Positions 1-13,500 of a DNA stretch of 64,000 nt are shown piece after piece. The notes under the pieces were generated by a model, which did not search any database, was not told the DNA's origin, and saw nothing but the letters and a program-made list of their open reading frames with translations. Each line of letters opens with the position of its first letter. Positions within the stretch are counted from its first letter, which is position 1. Origin of the DNA: Haliotis cracherodii (lineage: Eukaryota). A program made the position numbers and the translations under genes. The stretch is from positions 35,588,001-35,652,000 of the forward strand of contig NW_027266308.1 of NCBI RefSeq assembly GCF_022045235.1, written 5' to 3'.

Positions 1-39
1 CAGCGAAACCTTGGTCTGTCAGCAAGGCATCAGTTGATT
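1..39 (-). CDS. Paralog 1, exon 2 (start only, runs off the window): ESTDALLTDQGFA...
   Basis: Acceptor TTTTCTTACAG| at 41/40. The phase-1 join gives E-S as in paralogs 2 and 5. Frame is open to the window edge. Confidence 0.7.
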
Positions 40-203
40 CTGTAAGAAAAAAGAGCAGTTCATAAGTAATTTTGTTCACTATAGGATCATTTTCAAAATT
101 ATATGCATAAGCACATGAAAAATGAATCATGTAGAAAACGTAAAATTTTTTTTTCATTATCCGTTACTTTTACGTTCAGATTCTGGTGACAACGTATACA
201 TAC

Positions 204-453
204 CTATAAGAGAGTATAAATCGCTTTCTAAGACACCGTCCGATTCATGGGAACTTGAAGCACTGTTTGCGTCATGTGTGACAAGCTGAGCGTCATGGTA
301 GACGTAGTCGCTCCAGTCAGTGGCTATCAACAGAGCAGGCTGGTACATATGTTGAGGGTCATCCAGACCTGGGAACTTGGACATATCCAGATCGTAGGTG
401 ATGTTGGTGTCGATACTTAGAGTTTGGAGGAGATGAGTAGGTACGTCCATCAT
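204..453 (-). CDS. LDMxKFPGLDDP-family paralog 1, exon 1 (MMDVPTHLLQTLSIDTNITYDLDMSKFPGLDDPQHMYQPALLIA...ESDLYSLI)
   Basis: Family motif in ORF 157..504. ATG at 453 matches the paralog 2 start (MMDVP). Donor ATAG|GTATGT at 204/203, phase 1. Confidence 0.85.
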
Positions 454-502
454 ATTGAAGGTGACACATGGGAATAATGCCACAACTCGTTTCACCCGGG
501 AC

Positions 503-640
503 ATATAGGCCTGTCAGTAGCGTGACTCTGTAAATGGACCAATCACATCACACGACACTAATCCTAAACAACCAATCAGACGTGAGTTGATATAATGAGA
601 AACGCGACGCCGTTAATTATAACGCGAGGAGAGCCAATGT
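503..640 (-). promoter_or_regulatory. Paralog 1 promoter: TATA-like (507-503), TALE-type CTACTGACAG (519-510), CCAAT at 539, 572 and 634
   Basis: Motifs read directly. Same order and spacing as the paralog 2 promoter. Confidence 0.6.
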
Positions 641-904
641 GTCAAGCGATTACCGAATTGACACGGAGCACCGTCTCGCCCCAGGGCGTCGCTTGTCAGT
701 GGGAGGAGATAAACAATACCCCCAAGATATTTACTCGGCTGGGGTGCGAGCTATTATCGGATCATTTATCATCTTATGATGTACACTGTTTATAGATGTG
801 CCTTGAAATAAACCCCAGACACTGGCGCTTCAGTTTTCTTTCGTTTAACAATAATTTTACATAAATGCGATTTTGAAGACATGTCGAAAACCACGTGGGC
901 AATA

Positions 905-1037
905 NNNNNNNNNNNNNNNNNNNNNNNNNNNNNNNNNNNNNNNNNNNNNNNNNNNNNNNNNNNNNNNNNNNNNNNNNNNNNNNNNNNNNNNNNNNNNNNN
1001 NNNNNNNNNNNNNNNNNNNNNNNNNNNNNNNNNNNNN
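905..1037. other. Assembly gap (N run)
   Basis: N bases. Confidence 0.99.
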
Positions 1038-2029
1038 TGTTATTTCATAGTGATACACACATAAATGCATATGATATAGTCGGAATTGTACAATGAACTT
1101 ATTAAAGATTTCTTAAGATAATGGAAATGATTTTTGTTGCTTTTAACTTTGATGAACCAGGAATACATGGTTTCAAATGTAGTGAGGTAATTTGATTTTA
1201 AGGTTATCTCTCATACAGACCCTCAAACAAACTATATGAAAACTACCATGCAAGTCTGAAACACCCTGTCAAGCCTACAAACTGACGCAATTCTCTAAGA
1301 ATCCTTACTATCATGTATTAAAAAGAAATTTCACCTAAACAATATTAAATATTTACATTTTAGGAGGTAAATGTTCGTCTCGCTTCCACGAATAAGAAGC
1401 AATACATTTAATGTACATCTTATCTGGAGATGATTATTTCAACAAAAGAAGTAAGGGCAATAAAAACTTCATTACTTTACTTATTCAGCGATTAAAAAGG
1501 AGGTATTGTTCCAATAATAGCACCGGTCACACTTTGAACTATAGACCTCCGAGACGCCATGTCCCTGATTACATTAACAAGGGCCATCTTTCACCTGAGT
1601 TCTATTTTTGCTGATACAAGTGGCTATTCATGCGTCGAACGAATTAATAACAGGATGTACACCTTACCTGGACATTATCATCATGTGTCACAACTGACCG
1701 ACCATCTGACCCCAGGGGACATTGGTCGGGACAGAGGAGTCCAACCGTGGATTAAGGGGGAAATTCAATTATGACTAATTTACACAAAATGTCACGTTAG
1801 GGGCGGAGGGGCTGCCCGGGATTAGCTTTTTGTCTTGTATTCATCGCTATTGGCGGTCCTTCTTTGAATTTAACGACAGATGGTAAATGATGCTTACGTG
1901 CAGGTCTTTTATGACATCATTGATGCCAGAGTAATGGTAGCCCTCGTCCGTAATTAACCGTCCCTGAAAGGATTGTTATAGCCCAATTGTTATAAATGAG
2001 ATTATGTAATAGGAAAATATTCTTTTTGA

Positions 2030-2270
2030 GTTTTGTGGGAGGCAACAAAATAATACATCCCTTCTCATCCCGCTACCATAAAACTCTGGCAATTCGCAAG
2101 TTATTGTATGTTTCAAAATTCCAAATTTGCTCTCCAAATTAAGTAAGTAATCCTAAAGGCCCCCCTTTGTTGCCTCACCTTTTCGGATATACCCTTTTCG
2201 ACCAATCACCGAATGGCCTGGCGGGCCCGTGCGCAAAATATGCATATGTCGGAAAGCGCACGTTAAATTC
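2030..2270 (+). repeat. Unclassified dispersed repeat ending AATGGCCTGGCGGGCCCGTG..GTCGGAAAGCGCACGTTAAA; copies at 7860-8095 and 43860-44115
   Basis: Three similar copies. Confidence 0.75.
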
Positions 2271-2885
2271 CCAGTTTACGCACGGACTTGCATAACCTAT
2301 TTATTTAGGTTATGTAGGTCAGTGATTTAAGTAATTAAAAAAAATATATTAACACCTCATTCTTCTGAACTTCCAGTGAACTTTGATCTGGAGTATATAT
2401 TTTTTTCTTGTTAAGCATTTTCTTAAATCCCATCAATCAAGCTCAAACGAATGAGAAGGGGTTAAATCCAAAAATGTGAACTTAATAATACAGACTCATA
2501 TTTCAAAACTAATTGACTTATTAGACATCAAAGTCATCCTTTAATAACCTAAAGCTGCCTGAACGCGGCAGTACATTTCAGATCAATATCGAAAACACAT
2601 CAATAACACGTGAAACATGTCTCCACTGTCATTGATAAACCATAATTATAACCAGTTGCCCATAAACCTATTGATTTACAAGTTGGTGTAATCTCTACTT
2701 TTTGTGTCTATACAAAAGTATGGTAGTTTTGTCCCTGAAACCTTACTTATTTACGTACGCTGTCACAGCTGGTATGTAGACAATCGGTATTCAAAAATAC
2801 TCTACCTATATCACGGCGGCTTGTCTTTGCACGGGTATGGATGTGGCAAACCCGTGACCAACAAGAGCAACGACCGATGCCATCG

Positions 2886-3042
2886 GTGAGTGAGTGAGTA
2901 TGGTTTTACACCGCTGAAGCAATATTCCAGCAATATCACGGCGGGGGACACCAGACATAGGCTTCACACATTGTACCCATGTGGGGAATCGAACCCGGGT
3001 CTTCGGCGTGACGAGCGAACGCTTTAACCACTAGGCTACCCG
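2886..3042 (-). mobile_element. Family B tRNA-derived SINE (A box TAGCCTAGTGG, B box GGTTCGATTCC, (ACTC)n tail)
   Basis: Pol III boxes and tail visible; multiple copies in the window. Confidence 0.88.
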
Positions 3043-3072
3043 ACAGAGCATGACCACATGACCCAGCACAGT

Positions 3073-3333
3073 TTGTTTCGTTTGTTTGTTGTTTAACGCC
3101 GCACTCAGTAATACTGCAGCAATGTGACGGCGTTCTGTAAATAATCGAGTCTGGACCAGACAATAAAGTGATTGAGCATCGATCCACGCAATTGGGATAT
3201 GATGACATGCTTCAACCATGTCAGCGAGCATGACCACCCGATCCCATTTGTCGCATCTTACGACAAGCGAAGTCGCCTTTTTCGACAAGCATGTGTTGCT
3301 GAAGACCTATTCTACGGCGGATCTTCACGGGTG
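3073..3333 (-). mobile_element. Family A SINE-like retroposon (5' GACCCGTGAAG...GCTTGTCGTAAGAGGCGACTAA...GCTGGAATATTGCTGAGTGCGGCGTTAAA(CAAA)n)
   Basis: About 20 full or partial copies in the window, each with a simple-repeat tail. Confidence 0.85.
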
Positions 3334-4057
3334 TGATCCGGCATAGGTACAGAAGGACAAAATGAAACAGTTCTTGTTGAGCGGGAAACTGTCTTACAGG
3401 ATGGGAGGAAACATCTAACGGTTTAGTAAGTGGGTCTGGTTAACGCAAATATGAACAGTATTTCAGTTATATCACGGCGTGACGATTTATGAGAAGAAAG
3501 CGGGAAGTGACGTAGGTTTTAAACATTTTACAATACGATGATTCCCACGCGCACAGGTCTGGTGTTGATCAACCGGGAATCATAATTGAAGCGAATCTGG
3601 TAATCGAACTCACGAATTTAGGTTTCAGGCACGCCCCAGAAGGACACCCTGTGCAGCATACGTCATCGACCTAGACAACTTGGTTACCATGCCTACAAAA
3701 CAGACCTAAATATTAAATCGTTCTGTCTTATATTATATGTGTTTGATAGGCATTACTTAGTAGTTGGCGGATGACAAAGTAGACACAATTTATGGATAAC
3801 AACTTCTTTAATACTGTAAAGGCGACGTTTCGGTATAGACCCTCAGACTGTTGTCCTTGCTTAAATAAGATGTTATCCATAAATTGTGTCTACTTTGTTT
3901 CATTATATCGTTCTCCAGTGACGGAAAAACTTGATGCGTGTACAGTTTAGAAAAAAGGAATATAACCGCATCGGAAACATGCATCAATAGATGCTAACTT
4001 ATCTGGAGATGTTCTTCAAGTGTCAAAGTCCCCAATCAAATACTTCATCAGCAAATG

Positions 4058-4220
4058 AAGTGAGTGAATTGGAATTTACGCCGCCTTTAGCAGTACTCCA
4101 GCAATATCAGGACGGGGGATTCAAGACATAGGCTTCACGCATTGTACCCTTGTGGGGAATCGAACCCGGGTCTTCGGCGTGACGAGCGAACGCTTTAACC
4201 ACAAGACTACCCGACCGCCC
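4058..4220 (-). mobile_element. Family B tRNA-SINE
   Basis: Matches 2886-3042. Confidence 0.85.
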
Positions 4221-4779
4221 CATAAGCAAATGGGTGAGCATTGTGTTAAAAGTATTTGCTTTAACAACTGTAAATAGTATCTACAGTCATATATATATTT
4301 ACTGTAAAAACGCAATGTTAACACTCACTGGAAGATAGACAACGTCATGAACAATCAATCAATACAGTATCGCGTTGACACAATGTGGCTGGAAATATAA
4401 ATGCTAATACCTTATGCAATTAGCAGCGAATACTGATGTTATCTGAAAACATAAAAACGATATCTCGCCCCAGTGATAAAACTGCGGGAACTACTTTCAG
4501 TATGCCTTAAAAACTATATGATAAACAATCACATGATGTTTATTGCATGAGATGACAAAGTATACATATACTTGAGGCTGCGCCATTAAGTAAATAGCAA
4601 TTCGCTTGATAAGATAAACATTTTATTTGACAGAGAAAAGCCAAATACTTCTTTAAACTTACAAGACAAATATAGAAATGATTCATGCATGTAATTCATA
4701 CATGAAATATTATAATTTCCTGTTTTCCACTTGTTCATGGATATAAGCTTTAACATAGTAATTTGTACCAAAATAATCT

Positions 4780-4887
4780 CTATGCTAGAGCTAGCTTAAA
4801 CTGGCTAGACTTGCTTTTGTATGCATTTCTAGATTATTATTTTTTCATAAAATAAATATATCCCACGGTCATGGTGCAGGACTATCA
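4780..4887. repeat. Dispersed repeat with an inverted copy at 46284-46385; 6128-6181 also matches 46419-46471
   Basis: Direct sequence match. Confidence 0.75.
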
Positions 4888-6769
4888 ATAAGTCTTTGAA
4901 AACATTTCTTTAAAATAAGTGTAAGTTTGTTCTTCAAAAGAACTTTTCCTCTTCTGCCGTTTGGTTTAGTTTCATCTAGACTTGCCAAGGTTTTAGTATC
5001 TATATATGTTAATTCCTCTTTCATTGCGCAGGACTAGCATATCACTAACTACTGCACATAACTATATGCTACTCACAAGACGTTAAAGAACACCCTATTG
5101 CTTCATATGACTATCGTTAATTTGTCAAGGCTGGTAGGTATTGCAACACGCATCCTTCCAATTGTGGGTGGTCTTTTACTTGTTTTGAGCAGTATATATT
5201 GGCTTTAGGTAATCTCGCATTGTTTGATGCAATGACGTAATTTTATCTCAAGCTTTAATAGAACGATGTAGCCGAGCAACAACTATCAAACTGTGTATTC
5301 TTTGTGGTCCCTTACGTACCATCTGTTAGCTGCAGTATTGGACGGTCTAGAGTAATTTTTGTCATCGTAAAGCGTTAAAAGATCATTATCTGGATGTGGT
5401 ATTATACAATAAACATCCCGAGGTATTTGTCTCACGCGGCGTTGAATTGCTTTGATCTTTTATCGAGTGCCAGACAATTCAAAGATAGTGTTATTTATTA
5501 CAGTTCCTTCTTTAATGCGATGATAAGAGGGAATGCATGTTTTATCAAGATCAAGGAGACATAAAGCATTTGTCCTTAACAAGAACCTGAATGGTTGCTG
5601 AACTTATTTACCATCAACTATTGACAGTGTAATTAATTACAGTGTTACAAACTATTTTGATTTAGAAAGAAAACATTCAAATAATTTAACGTTAATATTC
5701 CAGCTATTCACATGATTAATAACTGGTGAAAATACCGAGAGTTCTGTAAAGCTTATATGATTTAAACATATCTATTTTCCCCCAAAAATGTGAAAATGGA
5801 TTGGTAAATAAGCGAAGCGCTATGTTAATACCGCTCCATTGATACAATAAATACATTAATGAAGGTTAGATGTAACAAATAAATTGTACATGTCAAGCTA
5901 GATGTGTATACATATTAAAAATATTTGAAGTTTATATTAAACAATTCATTTACTTAATTGAAAATCTGCCAGTTTTTAATGTGAAGTTTTAAAGAGAATC
6001 TAATGTTTGAATGTGCTCTTCCTTACTCAAATGCGAATTTCCGCATAGCACTGTTGGTAAAAGAATAAACATGTTGGTAAAAATACATTTCATTTTATGG
6101 ATATAAACTTTAACATAGTTATTTGTAGTCAAGAAGGATATTGTGTAATATAAGATTTCAGAGACTAAATGTTAGTCTAACTTATTTTTTAGTCTAGTGA
6201 TATGCGTTCCTGTTTTCTATTTCTATCTTAGTCAACTCTTGAATTAAATTCGAATGTGCGTTGTTAGATTTTACTTTGTGAGCATATTAGCGTTGTACTT
6301 AAAGGTTGGATTTTTTATTTGTACGTTTGTCATGAGGCAAATACATTCATGCACATTAAGTATGTGTTGTATTATTTAACATAGAATTTTACAGTTTCGA
6401 ATCAACCTGAAAATACGGGACTGTGAAACGTTGAAAATACCGAACTGTGAATGGCACAAGATACGTAACTGATGAATATACGGGACTGTAAAACGTGAAT
6501 ATTCGGGACTGTCGAACGTTTAAACGATACCGTGAAACACGGCGGTAAGCTTTTATGCGGCATTGCATGTGCGTTATTCTACATAACCGACCATTTGATA
6601 TTCATACAGGGTGTGGTGTATGTGAGGCGCTGGAAATTGTAGTGAGACCAGATGTCTGGATACTTTTTATTTTAATTAAGACTTTGAGTCAAAATATTTT
6701 TTCGATATAAACACATATATTAGTACATGCTCATCTCGATGTTCATAAACTGTGAGAAAAATTTTCACA

Positions 6770-6930
6770 TGTAGCGGCAATAAAACTTCCGAGTCCCATA
6801 ATGGGATTCAAACCACGGACCTTCTAATCAGAAGTCGGACGCCATGTCCATATGGCAAAAGAGGTTAACCCCGTCATCAAGCTGACAAGGTGAGAATGTC
6901 ATCTGTGGGATGACTCCACGTCCTGCTACA
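6770..6930 (-). mobile_element. Short TG...CA-bounded element containing a tRNA-Arg-like pseudogene (6792-6865)
   Basis: Termini TGTAGC / GCTACA. Minus strand reads ATGGACATGGCGTCCGACTTCTGATTAGAAGGTCCGTGGTTTGAATCCC. Confidence 0.55.
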
Positions 6931-8502
6931 CATAATACGCACCATCACAGACAGTATGCGTCAGCGATATAGGCAACGTTCTGCATTGCTTCACGTTCAA
7001 ATGTATCGTGATCAAACAAATGAATAAGATGGTATCGCTGGCTATAAGTTACTTGTATAAATGTATACAGGCTAGGTATACAGCCTACAATTGTGACGGA
7101 CAAGTTTTGAGACTTACTTTGATGTTGGGGGCATGTGCCGCTAAAGCAGACACCATGTCATTAAATTAATATTTCTAGGTTTCTGATTCACTGAAGAACA
7201 TATCAAACGTAAAACTATAAACAATGTCGACAGGAAGAAAGACGACATATCAGCAACCGCGGTGCTAGTTGATGGTTGAATGGGGAGATCAACAATGAAT
7301 TGCAGCAAATTGCCATGTAACTCGCGGGTCGTCTTTGATGTCCGAGAACAATGTTTGCATGTAAGTATAAAACTGATTGGTGGGAGACCTTTTATGTAAC
7401 CGTCGAACCCAAATAGTAGGCGGTTTGGGGGATAATAATAGATCTTACGATCGTTTCATGAATAAGATTTCTGATTCATCATACACTATTGTTTGAGTAA
7501 CCAGTCATGCGATAACGAATGCACATTCGATATGCACTGAGCTTATGCATACCTTTATTGTTGCATGTCATATATAGATACCTCGAGCCAAGTCGGAAAC
7601 CCTATGCCAGGAATCCTTGGTTCAAGTTTCATCGGTTCAAAACACCAAACAGGTGATGCTCACGCCGTAACCTAGTAGAAACACCTGAACACGCACTATT
7701 ACACTGCTGCACACAACACCAAAAACGCAGAATAACCCCCAAATCCACAATAAACTGTAACAACCAAACATCTCTGGCAACACTCCTAAACCCACTAAAT
7801 GACCTGCAAAACTTCCTAATTATAACAGGCTATCACCAAGATATATTAAAAAACTACATATTTTAAAATAAAATAAAATAAAGAAATAAACACTACCTCT
7901 CAAAACTCCCTTAGTTTCCCCACCTATAGCACGGCATTCTTCAAAGTTCCATATTTCATATTATTTAAAGCAACCAACCCTAAAGTCCCACAGGTTGCCC
8001 TTCCTTTTCGGACATACCCTACTCGGCAAAACTACTAAATGGCCTGGCGGGCCCGTGTGCGAAAGACGCATTAAGTCGGAAAGCGCACGTAAAAACACCA
8101 TCTCTCTCCCTGAGGTCTCAAGTCTCTCATTTCAGAGCTGTGCATGTGTTACGAGGTTGCTTTGTACCCCTTGTCGAGAACCGGGCAGGGCAACAACAAG
8201 TACCATCTTTCGTATGACGCGGTCAGGGGAACGAAACCATCGGCCTTCCGTTCTCCTGGTGGATATTTACATCTACTTGATGTACTGTTTTCAGAATTAG
8301 AGAGTAGGGACGAGAATGGAATGGGTGGGATCTATAAGAAACTACGGGACATATATCAGTGGTCGGTTCCCAATTTAGCCCATTATGAATTACCAGTTGA
8401 TGTAAAACAAGAACATCCTAACCCTTGTAATACAACTTGCCATAACAATGCCTTGTCACACAAAAGGCATCAAACTGAGGCCACGTGTAAGGGAAGTGTC
8501 TT

Positions 8503-8525
8503 GGGGGGGGGGGGGGGGGGGGGGG
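8503..8525. repeat. Poly-G tract
   Basis: Read directly. Confidence 0.95.
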
Positions 8526-9064
8526 TCATTCTTACATGTGCCGCAAGATATCCCGTTAATGGGTACCAATCTGACGTCGTCCCAGGTGGTAGGTTGATCG
8601 GTCGTTCCCTGTGTTCGCAGTAGGCATTCATGCTGAATGGGTGTCGATTTCCCACTGTGATGTCAACCGCTTTGATAAAGAACAAGACCTCCAGGCTAGT
8701 CTACCACTGAGTCCATTTAACAACACATTCGTTCTAAACCCAACGGATTATGGTAATCTTGCGCTGCTGGGCTCCTTTTGACAAAAGTCGACTCCTTTGT
8801 AATACAGATTGGACATAAACAGAAAGTAGCGTAAGAGGGAATGTATACATTTTTAATTAAAACAAATATAACAAGCAAAACCATTTGTAAAAATGTGTAA
8901 CAGGATTTGGCACTATGTACTAAATATCAGTAATACGGTTATATTTGCATGAAAATAATTTCTTGGCACCAAATTGCTCAATAATTTCTCTGATTTGACA
9001 TAACATAGCACATCTCGTGTTTGACAAGGTCAAGTAATAAGTCTCTTTTTGGTTTCAACAATGT

Positions 9065-9417
9065 CTAAGAATCTCTTCCAAAGATGCAATTATTGGAAGT
9101 TGGGTACACAGAAACAAGCGATGGGAGCATTGCTGTATGCGTGTCAACTTCTGTCATTCTGTATTTCTTGCTGGTATACAAATGGTCAGTATCACTGGAG
9201 TGACGTCGCTTCTGGCCCCTTCCGCCTAGGGGCGATAACTGTGATTGGTAACAACAGTCTGTTGAGGATTTTAAATCCGACAAAGTGAAATCTGATTCAT
9301 CCCAAAGGTTGCCGCAAGATGCCGTTGAGGAGATCACTTCATCCAATAGAGCTTCGAAATTGGCATTTTCATCACTGCTTGAATCTGTAAATTCCGGGAA
9401 CAGGACCTCGCTGGATT
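9065..9417 (-). CDS. Paralog 2, exon 2 (ESSEVLFPEF...EALLDEVI...KRRHSSDTDHLYTSKKYR...); spliced protein about 190 aa
   Basis: Acceptor TTTTTCAG| at 9419/9418. Joins in frame with ORF 9065..9346. Bipartite basic motif. Confidence 0.82.
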
Positions 9418-9624
9418 CTGAAAAATGACAATGCAGATATAAATATATATAATATAAACGATTATTATGTTTTTTAATATCTGGTAATTATTTAGATTAG
9501 ATATATTTAGATTTAGCTGAAATATTTGCATAACCTTTGCATAATAATACTGGCTAAAGGATTGTATAAGATACACATAAATGTTTCTGATTCATGCAAT
9601 TTAATAGATTTGGTAGATACATAC

Positions 9625-9844
9625 CTATGAGAGAGTATAAGTCATCCTCAGGAATATCGGCGTCATGTGTGACAAGTTGTGCGTCATGGTAGACGTAGTC
9701 GCTCCAGTCAGTGGCTATCAACAGAGCAGGCTGGTACATATGTTGTGGGTCATCCAGACCTGGGAACTTGGACATATCCAGATCGTAGGTGATGTTGGTG
9801 TCGATACACAGAGGTTGAAGCAGGTGGGGAGGTACGTCCATCAT
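9625..9844 (-). CDS. Paralog 2, exon 1 (MMDVPPHLLQPLCIDTNITYDLDMSKFPGLDDP...EDDLYSLI)
   Basis: Motif in ORF 9554..9877. Donor ATAG|GTATGT at 9625/9624. TATAAA at 9903-9898. Confidence 0.88.
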
Positions 9845-9883
9845 GGTAATTGTAATACTGGGTATGAATGATGGCACAACCGA

Positions 9884-9984
9884 TTACATCACGTCACTTT
9901 ATACCCCTCGTGTCACTCAGGTCACTAAGACTCACTGTGGCAGCGTCCAATCAAATCACTTGGGACCGACTGTACTCATCCAAT
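9884..9984 (-). promoter_or_regulatory. Paralog 2 promoter: TATAAA (9903-9898), TGAGTGACAC (9919-9910), CCAAT at 9947 and 9980, TGATGTAA (9891-9884)
   Basis: Motifs read directly; TATA lies about 55 bp upstream of the ATG. Confidence 0.62.
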
Positions 9985-10443
9985 CAATGGAGGATTTAAT
10001 CAACCATGGCGCGCCGGTTAGAATTACCCACAGCGGTGCTCATTGTGTGACTGATGATTAACATAAGTGACACGATGTATTGCCTCACGCACCCCCACCC
10101 CGTCCCCCTCCAATCCCCCGAGGTTGAATACTTGTATACCCCGGGGTGTTTGTTTGACAATACCTGTGAAATACTCGCGGATTACAAATCAGCTTTGATG
10201 TTGTTTTTGTCTGGCAATTTATCTGAGGAGGTTGTAATTATTCACACGTTGAAACGCTTTCAATTCACCGCTGTGTAATCGTAGTAAATAGTAGGCTTTG
10301 TTGATTTAATGCTTCACCCATGGGTATTAAGTTCTGGTGAGACTACAAAAGTATTATTTTTTAATTTGGGTTATCGCGCCATCCCTGTGTAATGATGGCA
10401 TTTGGTTTTTCATTTGTTTTCTGTTGGCGGTGTCTCTGTCTAT

Positions 10444-10585
10444 GGGGGCGTAGCCTGATGGTTAAAGCGTTGGCTAGTAACTCAGAAGGCCCGGGTTCGA
10501 TTCCCCCAATACATGAACACGTACTGCGTGTGAAGCCGTGACATTGCTGGAATATTGCTTGCACAGAAACGCATATCACTCACTT
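10444..10585 (+). mobile_element. Family B tRNA-SINE, degenerate
   Basis: A and B boxes and tail. Confidence 0.75.
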
Positions 10586-13500
10586 ACTTCTTCATCTATG
10601 ATACTTACTGAAGATACGTCCCTTATAAATATTTGTCAAATTATTTTTACATATAATTTTCATAATTTTCATATGAATGATTACAATTACTATCACGTGG
10701 AAAAGATTGAGAATTGTGGAATATGTCTCTATTATGTAGAGAATATTGAGAAATGCAGTCAATGCACCTTGATTTTGTTATGAACGACACTGTCGCCAAA
10801 CTTCTATCATAGTGTATGTTTGGAATTGCCCAAAACCTTCTTTATTACCAGATGCGACCTATCATGTCGAGCACGGTATGTTTATGAAATTCTTCCTACA
10901 TTTAGTGAAAGAACCAACAAGTCATTCGTCATTTTAAATCTACAAAATCAAACACGCCACATTATATCAAGTACTGCGAAATAGGCTTGAAAAATGTGTT
11001 CATATGCGCTGCAGGGAAGTTTTGTTTGTTTATTTTTAAACGCCGCACTCAGCAATATTCCCGCTATATGACAGCGGTCTGAAAAGTGATCGATTCATGA
11101 CCAGACAAGCCAGTGATTGATTCTGCAGGTAGTAGCACTCCAACGTCCTGAACTATTTGGGATTGTGAATGATTTCGCTTTTTGTGGAAATGTTATACGT
11201 GTCCTCTGATGATAAGATGTATTGAAGTTTTGTAATTAATCTGTTACCGCATTAAATATTCTCGAGCACGTCGAAGAAAGCCCATTATTGGAAGAAATAC
11301 TTAACTATGAAAAATAAATAGATGTGGACATTGTTAACTGTAAGTCTCAAAAGTTTCATTTTACCCCGAAACACTATTTTTACATGTGTTATCCTACCTG
11401 TATACCTTCAACACGTCAAATATAATTTCGATTTACACTGCACCAGTATCTTTTTTTTTAGAAACCTCACATTAGTGAGTTGTGTGGCATGTAAATCATT
11501 CCAGACAATTTCTGAAAAATGAGTTTGTATTTACTTTTTTGAAACATTAGTGCGAACAATACATAAACGCGTAAACTTTATGACGTAATGTGTAAGCCAA
11601 GGAAAATTGTGATTAATGACCCTTGCGCTCTCTGTGATCAGTCAGAAATTAATTGACATCACAAGCAATCTACATGAGTGGATTACGTCAGTGTATTGAT
11701 GCCTGTCAAGATGGCATGTGCAATTAAACAAAAATCTAAGACGGATACGTTGGTTATTGATAATTAAACCTGCTGGTTGCTGGCGGAAATTGTTTTGACA
11801 CAGGATGCTTGATATATGTGAAAACGCCCTGTGAAATGATCATGAGCGGATATCATTTCAAGATCGATCAAAGTTTCAGAACATCGGGATATCTCGCTCT
11901 CAGTTAAAATTTTGTACGAAACCGTTATCGGTTGAATACATTGTTTCAGAGTAACAAACGGTGAAGCAAACATTTACCCCTGATACTTTTATGTAAATTA
12001 AAAGAACTGTTGTTTAACTTGATTGTTATAAGTTGTTTGTTTTGAAGCCATGTAGAAGACTTAGTATTCTTTGACGGTCAAAAAGCTATTCTTAAATGAA
12101 AATGAAACATACTAAAATCAATCGAGAGGAGCAGATTACCAAGGAGGATGCACATACAAAGGCTAATATATTGTTTTTTTCGACTATTTATCGTTTATGT
12201 CCTTCTTGGTACCATACATTGATAAGGTGAAAAGTTAAGACTGAAATTTACGTTTGTACTTCTTTATGACATTTCAATCAATCTTTATTTTCAACGTATC
12301 TTTTCTGTGCAAGTGTTATACGCATATTGTATTTTATTACATTTATTATACCGCTCGTCATCTTCAAATTTAAATCTCTGTACGTTGCATTTTTCAACTT
12401 TAAAAATGTATTATTAAAGCTCTAAGGCTAAATGATATAAGCGGCTTGTGAACATAGACGCAATAGAACCGGGTTCAACTGTCACCACACAATGAGTAAT
12501 ATCACTAAATCCAAATCTCCCACAGTCTACCATTATGGGCGCGTTGTAAAAATTGGCACCATCGCCCTGTAAGTGGGCTATAAAGCACGCTGTATAACAA
12601 TGAGCGTCAAAGGCTCTTTGTGTCTTTTTACCTAACTCGAGTAATAACTGATAACACTCACTGCGTCATAGCACAGGATTTACTGATATAATGTGTTAAC
12701 CGGAGCGAATTACTTAAGCCCAGGAGTCTCATTGAACGTCATCAGTTGAGTTGTTATCGGGTGCCACAGGGCAAGTTGACAACACCCATGTTTGAAACAT
12801 CTGTTTTGATGTCATAAAATTGACTCCAATCAATCACTTAGGCATTTACATACAGGCGACATGATAGGATTTTTATGAAGCAAAGAAAATATTATTCTCT
12901 TAAACTTTTTCTTAAAGATGGAAATTGTGGAAAGAGAGTCATTTCACGTCCGGTTTGAACAGGATGCATACATCATTCATGTTAATAGAACTAAAACCTC
13001 TGGGACAAAATACAAAAGAGACATAAATACATTATTTACAATGTACATACATGGTAGATATTGAATAAACCGTTAATAAACCAATGCATATTTTGTTAAG
13101 TAGAATCATGTATTATCATTGCGGAGGGCATGAATATCAGTAAAAGGTTGGTAATATATTATATGAAGTTTATATATGTCAATATAAACCTTCAAGGCAA
13201 TGCTAAAGGCAACAAATTAGTTGTCGCAATAATGGGAATGTTGAAATTTGAAGAATATTATTCACATTAACATGCAATTACATTTACCTAAACGTTTCAA
13301 GTTGATTTCGATGGCATTATCCTAAAGCGCACTGTTCCAAATGAAGAAGCATCTACTCTATTGTGTAACTACCTCAGATTCTCAAAACAGAGTAGGTTCA
13401 TCTCTAAGTGATAAATATTGCTCTGTAAATAAAGTACATATATATTATATATGAAATGTAAGAGGCAAGATTATACTAGTCGGTTAATTGATGGTATCAC

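Noticed and set aside
454-504. Upstream ATG extension of paralog 1 (MSRVKRVV...) and similar extensions at 9877 and 62176
   Set aside because: The ATG at 504 overlaps the TATA-like box, the extensions are not conserved, and the ORF at 62176 starts at GTG.
7995-8685. ORFs of 101-159 aa
   Set aside because: Built from a dispersed repeat, a family D fragment and poly-G, with no coherent protein features.
9665-9871. Conserved antisense ORFs (LWVIQTWELGHIQIVGDVG) also at 27069 and 49692
   Set aside because: These are shadows of the conserved sense-strand motif; starts and stops vary and there is no splice support.
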